Counted from the first letter of the stretch, positions 20,069 through 29,655 are shown. The stretch: 64,000 nt of DNA from an uncultured virus (IMG/VR IMGVR_UViG_2645728113_000006) (IMGVR_UViG_2645728113_000006); one strand, 5' to 3'. The notes: a model not told the origin generated them from the sequence alone. Numbers and translations: made by a program.

Positions 20069-20284
20069 TCATCCGCGTGCACCATAGAAGTGGCTCAGTA
20101 CCATCAGTTCGAACACCGCCACCAGCACACAGAGTGCAACAAATCCAGGGCTGAATACTCGCTTGCGATCAACTGACCCGCCAAGCCAGCCCCCGCCCGT
20201 GAAGACGTCCACTACCGCCAAGAGAGTCAGTAGGGCGTAATACCCTGCCTTGCTCCAGAATGCTTGTGTTCGCCGCTGATACAT
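20069..20284 (-). CDS. Small membrane protein downstream of cI
   Basis: GGAG RBS; two hydrophobic segments. Confidence 0.55.
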   Translation of the reverse strand: MYQRRTQAFWSKAGYYALLTLLAVVDVFTGGGWLGGSVDRKRVFSPGFVALCVLVAVFELMVLSHFYGARG

Positions 20285-20289
20285 CTGCG

Positions 20290-20526
20290 TTACTCCGCAG
20301 CTCTCGTTATGCGACTGCTCTTCACTTCATCCGCATAACCCGCCAGCCTATCCTCTACATCCTGAAAGCTCAGCGCGATCTTCATCAGATCGTTAGCGCC
20401 TTGCTCGTCCCCTGCTGCCAGAAGACGCTTGGCAAAGACAAACAGATCGACGCCTGACCACTTGAGCAGGGCCGCAGCCTCTTTAAGGTCGCGGCGCAGC
20501 TGCTGGTTTGGCTTGGTGAGTGGCAT
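20290..20526 (-). CDS. Hypothetical protein directly downstream of cI
   Basis: Starts 4 bp after the cI stop. Confidence 0.7.
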   Translation of the reverse strand: MPLTKPNQQLRRDLKEAAALLKWSGVDLFVFAKRLLAAGDEQGANDLMKIALSFQDVEDRLAGYADEVKSSRITRAAE

Positions 20527-20530
20527 GGCG

Positions 20531-21367
20531 TTAGACCGGTTGTCCATTCCAAACGAATAGGATGCGTCCCTGTATGTACGTGTCATCCTTCCTTATCGTG
20601 CGCGGCCCGTGTAATGGGTTGTCCGACAGCATCTCGAAATTATCTTCGTCCAGCACCTGAAGGCGCTTTATATAGAAGTGGTTTTGCCAGGTGAGTGCGT
20701 AAATGCCGTCGCCCGTGAACTCCCTGATGGTCACGTCGATCAATAGCGGATCACGGCTCTTGATGGTCGGAGCCATCGATTCACCTTGGCCGCTGATCAT
20801 CTTGAGATGGAAGTGGTCTTTGAACTGGACACCCAGCTCACGGAGGTGACTAGGGCTGACCCGTACATCTTGAAAGGTTTCCGGGTAGTCGTGCGGCACC
20901 TGTCCGTCGCCCATCGCTCCGCGGACGTCATAGTGCGCAATCCACACCTCGTCGCCTACCTGGCCGGGGCGGGAGAAGTCGACGGTTATGACGTTGCTCG
21001 TCTCGTCAGCTGCCGCGATGATCCGGTCCCGAGCGGCACTCGACAAGCCTCTGACCTTCGAAAGCATTTGCCTGACCTGGTCGGATGCAGTCTGCGTCAA
21101 GGCTTCGCCCGTCGAAGCGCCTTCGGTGTAGTCACCAACTAGAGCATTCGACTCGTCAGTCGAGATGGAGTCGAACCAACCCCTGGGCAATTTCTCGATA
21201 GCCTCGATTCGTCGGGCAACATCGTCCCCCAGATTCTTCGCAGTCTTGTCCGACAGGATCTGACTGAGGTGCGCAGGTGCCATTCCCCAGCGCTCGGCGC
21301 ACGCGCCTTTTCGCTGGTTTCCTATGAGGCTGATCAGTTGCTGTTTACGAATCGCATAAATATCCAT
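20531..21367 (-). CDS. cI: CI-like repressor, HTH plus S24 autopeptidase
   Basis: GESMAPTI and IKRL catalytic Ser/Lys motifs; divergent from cro. Confidence 0.92.
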   Translation of the reverse strand: MDIYAIRKQQLISLIGNQRKGACAERWGMAPAHLSQILSDKTAKNLGDDVARRIEAIEKLPRGWFDSISTDESNALVGDYTEGASTGEALTQTASDQVRQMLSKVRGLSSAARDRIIAAADETSNVITVDFSRPGQVGDEVWIAHYDVRGAMGDGQVPHDYPETFQDVRVSPSHLRELGVQFKDHFHLKMISGQGESMAPTIKSRDPLLIDVTIREFTGDGIYALTWQNHFYIKRLQVLDEDNFEMLSDNPLHGPRTIRKDDTYIQGRILFVWNGQPV

Positions 21368-21386
21368 GCGGGCAAGAATGCCAGCG

Positions 21387-21452
21387 TTTAGCTCAATGCT
21401 AAATGTGCTCAAGGCTAAATATTCCTTGCTACGATATTAGCCATAAGCTAAA
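21387..21452. promoter_or_regulatory. OR: three repressor operators
   Basis: TTTAGCTCAATGCTAAA 21387-21403, ATGTGCTCAAGGCTAAA 21403-21419, ATTAGCCATAAGCTAAA 21436-21452. Confidence 0.88.
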
Positions 21453-21479
21453 TTTCTCCCATGTTTAAGGAGAGATCCC

Positions 21480-21716
21480 ATGAATGACCATCTGCGTGAC
21501 TGGCTCGCCAGCGCTTCAAACGAACGGCGCCAGTCAGTGGCTGCCGCTGCCAAGACGACGGTAGGGCATCTGTGGCAGTTGGCGGGCGGCCACCGAAAGG
21601 CCTCGGCTGACCTGGCAGAACGCCTTCAGGACGCATCAGGTGGAGAGATCACCATCGCTGGTTTGCGACCGGATCTTCTCGACCTCGCCCACAAAGTCCT
21701 GCGCGGCGCCGCTTGA
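21480..21716 (+). CDS. cro: Cro-like (YdaS-type) regulator
   Basis: HTH plus LRPD motif; AAGGAG RBS. Confidence 0.85.
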   Translation: MNDHLRDWLASASNERRQSVAAAAKTTVGHLWQLAGGHRKASADLAERLQDASGGEITIAGLRPDLLDLAHKVLRGAA

Positions 21717-21797
21717 TACCCCTGTCCTTCGATCCATGAACAAAGTTTCGCCCACCCACTGGCAGGGCGCCACGGAAACAAATTTGAGGTTTTACGA

Positions 21798-22220
21798 ATG
21801 GAAGATTTTCTGCGGGCTTGCCAGAGCGCTGTTCTGGATAACGAGGCAAAGGTACTGGCGGCAAAGATGGGTGTTCCACACGTTGGCCTGCTTCAGCGTG
21901 CGAACCCGGACAACGAGGCTCACCACCTGACCGTGGAGCATCTGTTCGGGATCTTGCTGCACACCGGCGATATGCGCCCGTTGCTGGCTCTGGCCAATGA
22001 GTTCGGCTTTGACCTGGTATCGAAGTCAGCGCCGGAGCCGCAAGCGCTCACCAAGTCACTGATCAACGTGGGCAAGGAAGTCGCCGACCTGACGATCGCA
22101 GTGCACGAAGCACTGGACGACAACCACGTCAGCACTTTCGAAAAGAGCCTGATCCGCCAGGAGATCAATCACGTACGGCAGAGCCTTGACGTGATGGATG
22201 CGTCGGTTAAGGCAGCCTGA
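21798..22220 (+). CDS. cII: Phage regulatory CII family protein
   Basis: LAAKMG...NPDNEAHHLT motif; position after cro. Confidence 0.8.
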   Translation: MEDFLRACQSAVLDNEAKVLAAKMGVPHVGLLQRANPDNEAHHLTVEHLFGILLHTGDMRPLLALANEFGFDLVSKSAPEPQALTKSLINVGKEVADLTIAVHEALDDNHVSTFEKSLIRQEINHVRQSLDVMDASVKAA

Positions 22221-22289
22221 ATTACAGGCACAAAAAAGCCACCGGACGAGGGTGGCTTTTTCTACAGCGGTAAACAACTGGAGCGAATC

Positions 22290-23150
22290 ATGCACCAACA
22301 CACAGAATCGATCAATAGCCCCAACAATCTCGCGCCACGTTTTTCTCAATCTGAAAACGTGGCGCGGATTAAACCAGTGACACCTTTCGACTTCCACGGC
22401 TTTCCCGTCCGCGTAATTGACGACGGTCACGGGGAGCCATGGTTCATCGCCAAGGACATCGCCGAAGCCCTGGGCTACTCCAACACGTCGAAGGCGATCA
22501 ATGTCCACTGCAAAGCGGTCAGCACCTGCCATACCGAAATGGGAGGTCAGGTCCGCGCAGTGCAAATCATCCCTGAACGCGATCTCTACCGGCTGGTGAT
22601 GAAGTCCAAGCTTCCGGCTGCCGAGCAGTTCGAAGAGTGGGTGGTGGGCCAGGTCCTGCCGAGCATTCGCAAGACCGGTTCCTTTTCCGCCCAAGGCCCG
22701 AACAACTCCAAGATCGTCGGCGAGCTGGCGATTCTCGAATGCTTCGACCGCCTGCTGAAGCCTGCGAACTCCAGCAAGATGATGATGCTTGCCAAGATCG
22801 CTGCCAATAACGGCCTGGACGCCAAGTTCCTCCCGGGCTATGCCGTTGATGCCGCCCCTGATGCTGCTGGAGGCTCTTCGATGCCGACCAAGGCAATCAC
22901 CGCGCTGATCAAAGATCATGGCATTGCCAGCACGGCCCGCGCCTTCAACCTTGCACTTGAGGCCCATGGCTTCCTCAAGGTCCTGCAGCGCAAAAACTCC
23001 AAGCAGGAAATGGTCGACTTCTGGTCGGTGACCGAGAAGGGCATGGCCTACGGCAAGAACCTCACCAGCCCTCAATGCCCCCGCGAGACGCAGCCTCACT
23101 GGTACGTGGATCGCTTCCTTGAATTGGCCGCTAAGGTCGGGAAGGCCTGA
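22290..23150 (+). CDS. BRO-N domain antirepressor-like protein
   Basis: PWFIAKDIAEALGY; FEEWVVGQVLPSIRKTG. Confidence 0.88.
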   Translation: MHQHTESINSPNNLAPRFSQSENVARIKPVTPFDFHGFPVRVIDDGHGEPWFIAKDIAEALGYSNTSKAINVHCKAVSTCHTEMGGQVRAVQIIPERDLYRLVMKSKLPAAEQFEEWVVGQVLPSIRKTGSFSAQGPNNSKIVGELAILECFDRLLKPANSSKMMMLAKIAANNGLDAKFLPGYAVDAAPDAAGGSSMPTKAITALIKDHGIASTARAFNLALEAHGFLKVLQRKNSKQEMVDFWSVTEKGMAYGKNLTSPQCPRETQPHWYVDRFLELAAKVGKA

Positions 23151-23151
23151 C

Positions 23152-24129
23152 ATGCAATACACCGTCACGATTAACCAGGTGAAGGCGCTGGAGTGGGGGC
23201 TGAATTCTCAGCAGGCCCTGCTGTTTGCCTTCGTCTACGGCTGCCCGAGCTGGACCAAGCCAATCAAGACCGATGACGGGGTCTTCTTCGCGCTGAGCAA
23301 GGCAAAGATCACTGAGGAGCTGCCGCTGCTCACAGACAAGCCAGACACCGCTTACCGCATGCTGAAGGCCCTGGAAGAGGCCGGTTTGATTGAGCTTTCC
23401 AGCACTTCGAACATCACGCTTTTTCGCCTTACCGAGAAGGCCATCGAGTGGAACCAGAAGCTTGATGGGTCGGAAAAATATCCGACCCCACCAAAAAACA
23501 AAGGTCGGAAAAATATCCGATCTACCTCGGATAAATCTCCGAGCAAGGTCGGAAAAAAATCCGAGCAAGGGTCGGATAAATCTCCGACAAATCAGGATAC
23601 CAATCATCAGGGTACCAATCAGGACACCAGTCAGGACTTGCAGGACGCCACCGGCAAGCCGGCTCAGTCCCGCGGCTTGGTGCTGGTGGTTGACCGCACC
23701 GATACTCCCCGTGTCGAGATTCCCGCCGATATGCCGGGCCCCAAAGACCAGACCTGCAAAACCTTCAAGGTTTGGGCGAACTACGCCATGGCTTACCGCA
23801 AACGCTACAGCGCCTGGCCGGTGTGGAACGCCAAGGTCGGCGGCCAGCTCGGACAGTTGGTCGACCGACTCGGCGCCGATGTCGCCCACCACGTCGCTGC
23901 CCACTTCCTGAAAACCAGCGATGCCGCTGTGCTGCGCAAGTGCCACAGCCTCAACGAGCTGCTGGCCAACGCCGAGAGCTACCACACCCAGTGGGTGACC
24001 GGGCAGCGCATCAACGGCACCACTGCCCGCCAGATGGAACGGACTGAGGCAAACCACTCCGCAGCGGAGCAGGCCGCCCAGATGGTTTTGGCCAAACGCC
24101 AAGCAGGTGACCGCAATGAATACCTTTGA
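23152..24129 (+). CDS. Phage replication initiator (O-like)
   Basis: Winged-helix N-terminus, internal iterons, synteny. Confidence 0.8.
   Translation: MQYTVTINQVKALEWGLNSQQALLFAFVYGCPSWTKPIKTDDGVFFALSKAKITEELPLLTDKPDTAYRMLKALEEAGLIELSSTSNITLFRLTEKAIEWNQKLDGSEKYPTPPKNKGRKNIRSTSDKSPSKVGKKSEQGSDKSPTNQDTNHQGTNQDTSQDLQDATGKPAQSRGLVLVVDRTDTPRVEIPADMPGPKDQTCKTFKVWANYAMAYRKRYSAWPVWNAKVGGQLGQLVDRLGADVAHHVAAHFLKTSDAAVLRKCHSLNELLANAESYHTQWVTGQRINGTTARQMERTEANHSAAEQAAQMVLAKRQAGDRNEYL
23470..23587. repeat. Five palindromic iterons TCGGA-N6-TCCGA (replication origin)
   Basis: Copies start at 23470, 23505, 23527, 23549, 23572. Confidence 0.85.
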
Positions 24130-24913
24130 AATGAATGACCAGCAGGTTGCCGGGCTTGCAGCCGCTATCTGCGCAACAGCTGAGGCCATGGGCCAGGAAA
24201 TGAATCCAGGCACCGCCGCGATGATGGCCGAAGACCTCTGCGCGTATCCGGTGCCCGTCGTCAAGGCTGCGCTCAAGGCCTGCCGCTTCGAAGTGAAGGG
24301 CAAGCTGGCTATGGCCGACATCCTGCAGCGGGTGCAGTCCTCCGATGGGCGCCCTGGCAAGGACGAGGCCTGGGCCATCGCTATGACGACCAACGACGAA
24401 TTTGAAACCGTGGTGCTGACCGATGAAATCCAACTGGCTCTGGCCGCTGCGAAACCCATCTTGGATGGCGGCGACAAAATTGGTGCCCGCATGGCGTTCA
24501 TCGACGCCTACCAAAGGTTCGTGGGCCAGGCCCGTGAGGATGCGAAGGCGGTCAATTGGCACGTGTCGGTGGGCTTCGACGCCAACCGCCGCATCCAGGC
24601 CGTTACCAAGGCTGTGGAGTTGAAACGCATTCCCCAAGAGCACGGCCAGAAGTACTTGGCTGACCTGAGCATTGTTCCAGTCACCGAGGATGGCCGCGCC
24701 ATTGCCGGCTTACTCACCGGCGCCGTCACCCAGCCTGCACCAGTGCTGCGCCAGAAGCTGGAACTGGTCAAAAACTCGATGCTGGAGATGCGTAAGGCCA
24801 GTACCGAACGAAAAACCGAAATGCGGATTGAAGCGGCCAATGAGTTGGCGAACCGCCGGGCGCTGCTGATCAAGCAGGCCCGAGATCTGGAAGAGAAGAG
24901 GGCGGCGCAATGA
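24116..24913 (+). CDS. Replication protein (P-like, putative helicase loader)
   Basis: Overlaps the initiator; synteny. Confidence 0.65.
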   Translation: MNTFEMNDQQVAGLAAAICATAEAMGQEMNPGTAAMMAEDLCAYPVPVVKAALKACRFEVKGKLAMADILQRVQSSDGRPGKDEAWAIAMTTNDEFETVVLTDEIQLALAAAKPILDGGDKIGARMAFIDAYQRFVGQAREDAKAVNWHVSVGFDANRRIQAVTKAVELKRIPQEHGQKYLADLSIVPVTEDGRAIAGLLTGAVTQPAPVLRQKLELVKNSMLEMRKASTERKTEMRIEAANELANRRALLIKQARDLEEKRAAQ

Positions 24914-25380
24914 CCGACAAGATCAGCGTCAACTGCCAGGCCAAACTCTCTGAGGCTATCACCAAGTTGAGCGCCATGTACCGAGACAAGAAGTTCGTGG
25001 TGGTCTCCCTGCGCCCGGGCAAGGACCGCACGCTTGACCAAAATCGGTTGTGGTTCGGGATGTACAAGCGCATCGCCGAAATGACCCAGATCGGTGACGC
25101 GGCCGACGCCCGCCGCTACTGCAAGCTGCACTTCGGCGTGCAGATCCTGCTGAACGAGGATGCTGGCTTTCAGGCCGAGTGGTATCGCGTCATGCGCCAT
25201 CTGCCGTACGAAACAAAGCTGGCCATGATGGGGGAGTGCCATTTGTTCGGCCCCGACGGTTTCCCGGTGACCAGCCTGTTCAATCGCGCCCAGGGCATCA
25301 ATTACACCGACCGCATCGCCGCCTATTTCACGGGCCAAGGTGTGGTTTTCACTGATCTACTCAGCAAGGAGGCTGCATGA
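24910..25380 (+). CDS. NinB-like protein
   Basis: RTLDQNRLW motif. Confidence 0.65.
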   Translation: MTDKISVNCQAKLSEAITKLSAMYRDKKFVVVSLRPGKDRTLDQNRLWFGMYKRIAEMTQIGDAADARRYCKLHFGVQILLNEDAGFQAEWYRVMRHLPYETKLAMMGECHLFGPDGFPVTSLFNRAQGINYTDRIAAYFTGQGVVFTDLLSKEAA

Positions 25381-25952
25381 TCGCCAAGCAACCCAAACCA
25401 AAGAAGTGCAAGAACCCTGCATGCGGCATCAGCTTCCCGCCGCAGCGCCTGGGCCAAGCCGTGTGCAGTCCGAAATGCGGGCTGGCCATCAAGGATGTGA
25501 ACCAGGCGAAGGCGCGCAAGTCGCTGGCCGATATCGGCCGCAAGGAGCTGCGCGCGGCAAAGGTGAAGATCAAGTCGCGCGCCCAGCACATGAAAGAGGC
25601 GCAGGCCGCCTTCAATGCCTGGATTCGCGAGCGGGATATCGGCCTGCCGTGCGTAAGTTGCGGCCGGCACCACAACGGCCAATGGCACGCCGGGCACTAC
25701 CGCACCGTCGGTGGCAACCCAGAGCTTCGCTTCGAGCCGCTGAACGTGTGGCGCCAGTGCGCGCCGTGCAACAACCATAAATCGGGCGACATCGTGAACT
25801 ACCGGCTGGAGCTGGTGAGGCGCATCGGTGCCGAAAAAGTGGATTGGCTGGAAGGACCTCATGATCCCCAGCGCCATACCATCGAGCAGTTGCAGGCCAT
25901 CAAGGCCGACTACCGAGCCAAAACCCGTGAACTCAAGAGGGCTGCAGCATGA
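25377..25952 (+). CDS. ninG: NinG/Rap recombination endonuclease
   Basis: FNAWIRERD..PCVSCG; HAGHYR; QCAPCN. Confidence 0.9.
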   Translation: MIAKQPKPKKCKNPACGISFPPQRLGQAVCSPKCGLAIKDVNQAKARKSLADIGRKELRAAKVKIKSRAQHMKEAQAAFNAWIRERDIGLPCVSCGRHHNGQWHAGHYRTVGGNPELRFEPLNVWRQCAPCNNHKSGDIVNYRLELVRRIGAEKVDWLEGPHDPQRHTIEQLQAIKADYRAKTRELKRAAA

Positions 25953-26494
25953 CCTATCGCAACGTTGTTTCAGCAGTAGTTCGAGCCTTGGCGGCCGAGA
26001 CAATCACCTCCGCCGGCGGCTGCGACTTCGAGCCCAAGGTTCAGTGCGCCAAGCAGAAGGGGGAAATCGTCGGAAAGGAAGCGGCGCTGCTCCAGGACTG
26101 CTGGGTCTTTGGCCGGCTGCACAAGGCGCTTACCCCGGCGCACTGGCGCGCCCTGGTGGCGAAGTACTCCACACACGAGGAGCGGAAGCACGGCGCCATT
26201 CTGGAACTGCTGAATTCGGTGAGGTCGCCGGCACCGAAACGGTTCCGCGAGTGCGCGGTGCTGACTTGGGCAATTCCGCAGGTTGCCGGTGCCGAGGGCA
26301 AACGTTCTGCCGCAGTGCTGCCGGCCGCCTGGTATGACATCACCAATTGGGACAACGACGGCAAGCCAGAATCCACCCGTTACCGGTGGCGTTCGTCGAT
26401 CCGCAAGGCACTGGATGACCAGGTAAACGAGGCGCTGACGGCTGCCCAGGAACTTCTCGACGCAGAGGGCTTGATCGAAAGTCGAGCTGCATAG
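25949..26494 (+). CDS. Putative late antiterminator (Q-like)
   Basis: Last early gene; followed by a promoter and terminator. Confidence 0.65.
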   Translation: MTYRNVVSAVVRALAAETITSAGGCDFEPKVQCAKQKGEIVGKEAALLQDCWVFGRLHKALTPAHWRALVAKYSTHEERKHGAILELLNSVRSPAPKRFRECAVLTWAIPQVAGAEGKRSAAVLPAAWYDITNWDNDGKPESTRYRWRSSIRKALDDQVNEALTAAQELLDAEGLIESRAA

Positions 26495-26504
26495 CAAAAA
26501 GCCA

Positions 26505-26603
26505 TTGCAATGAGTGAGAAAGTGAGAGAATATTTATCCATCCTGTCGATCTTGCGCGTTAGGGATTAACAATAAAAGCCTGGCTATGTAGCTGGGCTTT
26601 TTG
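26505..26603 (+). promoter_or_regulatory. Candidate late promoter pR' with downstream terminator
   Basis: TTGCAA-17bp-GAATAT with AGTGAGA x2 in the spacer; hairpin plus T tract at about 26576-26603. Confidence 0.55.
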
Positions 26604-26656
26604 CTTTGTGCAAGTTGTGAAATGATCAAGCTTCAATTGATTGATAGGGACTTGTG

Positions 26657-26911
26657 ATGGACGCCGCAACAACTGCTGAAGTGAACAGAATTGTAGATGC
26701 TGTTGAAAAAATGGCCCTGAACCATTTCTCTGACAGGGATTTAGTCGGTCAGCCTTTTGAGACAAATATTTCTTTCGGCGACGATCAGCCTGCCCGCGCA
26801 AGGCTGATTGGCGAAGAATTGCAGATTCGCTTGCGGGAAAAATTTGCTAGCTCCCGAGTGAGAGTTGATTTGGTTGCGACAAACTACGCAGTTAAGATCA
26901 TCAGGGGTTAG
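26657..26911 (+). CDS. Hypothetical moron protein
   Basis: AGGGA RBS; downstream hairpin. Confidence 0.6.
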   Translation: MDAATTAEVNRIVDAVEKMALNHFSDRDLVGQPFETNISFGDDQPARARLIGEELQIRLREKFASSRVRVDLVATNYAVKIIRG

Positions 26912-27184
26912 GTGCTCCAGGCAGAAAGACGCTATCAGGCCTCGGATATCTCCGAGGTTTTAGCATTTTTGGGATACTGACTGAGTGGCATAAGGTTGAA
27001 TGCGTGCGCGTAGAGACCTCGTCCATGGCTGGGTGTTTAGGTATCTGATTCAGGGTCATGTCGACGGTCACTCAGGCTGGAATTCTGCCTACTCCGGCCA
27101 TTCTCAAACGCCCAAGTGCCGGATTTGGTTGATAAAAGCTGCGCGCGCTGATATTCATGCCTCCCCCCCGAAGAAGGATGTGGT

Positions 27185-27367
27185 ATGAGCAAGTTCAGTT
27201 GGAAAAAGAATACTGTAAACGGCAAAGATATTTATCAGGTATATATCAGCGGGCAGCCACACGGCAACCCAATGAATACCGAAGAGGAAGCGAACTCTAT
27301 GGTTCAGTGGCTTGAGCGTAAAGAGCGTGAGCGCGAGGCCGAGCGAGATTCTGGCCCTCAGTTCTGA
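27185..27367 (+). CDS. Hypothetical moron protein
   Basis: AAGGA RBS; terminator at 27385-27408. Confidence 0.6.
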   Translation: MSKFSWKKNTVNGKDIYQVYISGQPHGNPMNTEEEANSMVQWLERKEREREAERDSGPQF

Positions 27368-27430
27368 CATACCAAGTTTTCTATAAACCTCGTTAAACGG
27401 GGTTTTTTATTGCCTGAAATTCACCTGTAG

Positions 27431-27617
27431 CCAGGACAGCCTTCGGGAAGGCCTGGACGTCGATAGCCGGTAGTGCGACGTACGGAAACAACATCGGCAG
27501 CCCGCGCATTCTGACCCGACTGTGCTTCCAGGGTGGCGCGAGACACGAGCGGCGAGATCGATGCATTGGGGCGTCGACGCCGGGAAGGTCTTTGGCAGAC
27601 AGCGCGGAAAGACGCGC
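27431..27617 (+). ncRNA. Putative structured non-coding RNA
   Basis: At least six hand-folded GC-rich stems, lying between two terminators. Confidence 0.45.
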
Positions 27618-27674
27618 ACACCTATTTATGGCCTCAGCATTCGCTGGGGCTTTTTCGTTTCTGGAGCACAGCAA

Positions 27675-28202
27675 ATGTCCGGCTTTATTCAATCCCATGA
27701 CTACGTGCCGGGCATGTCCGGCTGGATATTCAACAAAGACACCGGTGAGTTCGAGATTTACAGCTCGAGCGGAAATATGAGTACTGATGCTCAACTGATC
27801 ACCGTCACGGCGGGCGACTGGTCTGACTACGATCTGCCAGCAAACGCGCTCGAGCGACTGGCCTTCATCACTGCTGAGCTGGACAAGATCCCGGCAGATT
27901 GCCGAGGGGGCGCTGAGTTCACGACCGAAGACATCTCTTTTGATCGTGATGGTTCCGATGTGCGCACAACGCTGACCTACGTCCGGCAAGAAACGCCGGA
28001 CGAGGTCATGGCTCGTATCGAGAAGGGGCAGCTATCAGTGCGGATTAACGGTCTTGGCGGTGCAAACTTCAGTATCTATCACGACGGTCAGCTTCGCGTT
28101 CAATTTGGCATTCTTTCAGAGCCAGGCCCTTTCATTGTTGCCGGCGGAAAGGTGTATCTGCGGAAAGAGGTTATTGATAAAACCTCAAATGCTTTTTCAT
28201 AA
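27675..28202 (+). CDS. Stand-alone protein related to the C-terminus of tail-tip protein J
   Basis: Three motifs shared with the J C-terminus of this prophage; GGAG RBS. Confidence 0.7.
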   Translation: MSGFIQSHDYVPGMSGWIFNKDTGEFEIYSSSGNMSTDAQLITVTAGDWSDYDLPANALERLAFITAELDKIPADCRGGAEFTTEDISFDRDGSDVRTTLTYVRQETPDEVMARIEKGQLSVRINGLGGANFSIYHDGQLRVQFGILSEPGPFIVAGGKVYLRKEVIDKTSNAFS

Positions 28203-28226
28203 CTCCAGCGGAAGATCGGGCGGCTG

Positions 28227-28916
28227 TTAACCGCCCGGAGAGTACGCCATCGGAGCAAACGAAAAAGCTGACCAGCCTTTTGTTTTCAAGTTGCGCGCGT
28301 CCTGCTCTGTAAGCCACCAGCGAGACTCAAGATCGTTAAGGTTAATCACACTCTCTTGTGGTGTGACCCCTTCATAGTCCTTGCGGAGCTCATCTGGGAG
28401 GGCCGAGAAGGGGATTGTCGGAAGCTTGACCAGGACAGTCCTGTGGCCTTGGCGGTTGAAGTCAGGGTAGAACTGAATTCTCACAGCCTCCGGGTCGATA
28501 GGCTGGACTAAAACTCTCACACCAAGAGCTTCCAAGGCTTTTTCAAGCGCTTCCATTTTGGAAGTATGGAGGAAGTCGACCAGGCGATCTCCTTGTGTTT
28601 GGGCAAGGCCAAGCCGCTTGCACAGATCGGCCTTGCGCATATTCTGCGCCATCATTTCGTTCCAAAGAACGATCTTGGTCACGGTTACAGCCGAAAGACG
28701 AATAACGTACTCGTCTGGCAGGGCTGGGGACGCCTGCGGAATTGCCCGGCGCTGATCTACGTAGATCGACAGGGCTGTCTCAATCGCATCCTCGGCTTCG
28801 CGGAGGGCGTGATTTTTGTCATCGCCGAAGCTGTTCAGCTCTGGAAGATCGCGGCAGAAAACTGCCAGACCTGGCGTGCTGTCATCCTGCTCAAATCGAA
28901 TTGCATAGTCGTACAT
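28227..28916 (-). CDS. hicB: HicB antitoxin with HTH and extra C-terminal domain
   Basis: VFCRDLPELNSFGDD...EAEDAI; downstream of hicA. Confidence 0.88.
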   Translation of the reverse strand: MYDYAIRFEQDDSTPGLAVFCRDLPELNSFGDDKNHALREAEDAIETALSIYVDQRRAIPQASPALPDEYVIRLSAVTVTKIVLWNEMMAQNMRKADLCKRLGLAQTQGDRLVDFLHTSKMEALEKALEALGVRVLVQPIDPEAVRIQFYPDFNRQGHRTVLVKLPTIPFSALPDELRKDYEGVTPQESVINLNDLESRWWLTEQDARNLKTKGWSAFSFAPMAYSPGG

Positions 28917-28968
28917 GGTCACTCCCTGGAGGTGATCGTTCAGCATTCAGATGTGGTGAAGGGGGCTC

Positions 28969-29148
28969 TCAGAGCCCCAGTTGTTTAATGATCGCCTTGC
29001 GGGTCGGTTCTGGCATTTCTTTACTGCCGTGATCCGCGAAGGTGCTCCTGTTGCCGTTTGGGGCGGTTACTTTGAAGTGGCTTCCTTTGCCTGCTTCGAA
29101 GATCACCCCTTGGGCCTTCAACCATCGTCTGAACTCGCTGAACTTCAT
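28969..29148 (-). CDS. hicA: HicA mRNA interferase toxin
   Basis: MKFSEFRRWL..GKGSH..HGSKE..IIKQLGL. Confidence 0.92.
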   Translation of the reverse strand: MKFSEFRRWLKAQGVIFEAGKGSHFKVTAPNGNRSTFADHGSKEMPEPTRKAIIKQLGL

Positions 29149-29283
29149 CACCTCGCCTCGTTGTTTGGATGAGCCCAGCATACTACGTTTTTGTGGTAAT
29201 ACTACAATTTTGTAGTGTTTATTCTATATTCCATGGCCGGCGTAGGTCATACACCCACAACTCCCTGACGGGGAGGAACCGAG

Positions 29284-29619
29284 ATGTCCAACATGCCAGA
29301 CAAACCAGACACCTGGCTCATCGTGCTTGCATGGCTGAGTCAGCATTCGCCGACGCTTTATGCCGCAGGACTATCTGCCTTGATGGCTGGCATCAGGATC
29401 ATCTATGGCGGCGGTACTCGTCGTCAGGCGCTACTTGAGGCGGCAATCTGCACCCTGATCACGATTGGCTTGATTCCGGTCCTTGAGTACTTCGGCCTAC
29501 CGCAGAATCTGGCAACAGCTGCCGGGGTGTTCATTGGGTTTCTGGGCGTCAAGAAGCTTGCCGACATTGCCGATCGGGTATCGGAGCTCAAATTTCCAAC
29601 TCGTGGGGCAGGGCAGTAA
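29284..29619 (+). CDS. Lambda-family holin
   Basis: Three TM helices, FIGFLGV motif, basic tail; second ATG at 29293. Confidence 0.88.
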   Translation: MSNMPDKPDTWLIVLAWLSQHSPTLYAAGLSALMAGIRIIYGGGTRRQALLEAAICTLITIGLIPVLEYFGLPQNLATAAGVFIGFLGVKKLADIADRVSELKFPTRGAGQ

Positions 29620-29655
29620 TCCGCGCCACGTTTTCGAGTGCGCCAAATCGTGGCG

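Noticed and set aside
22056..25338. Long minus-strand ORFs (370, 456, 276 aa)
   Set aside because: Shadows of GC-rich replication-region genes; no recognisable motifs
26500..27660. tRNA genes in the late leader
   Set aside because: No cloverleaf with T-loop and acceptor stem found by eye
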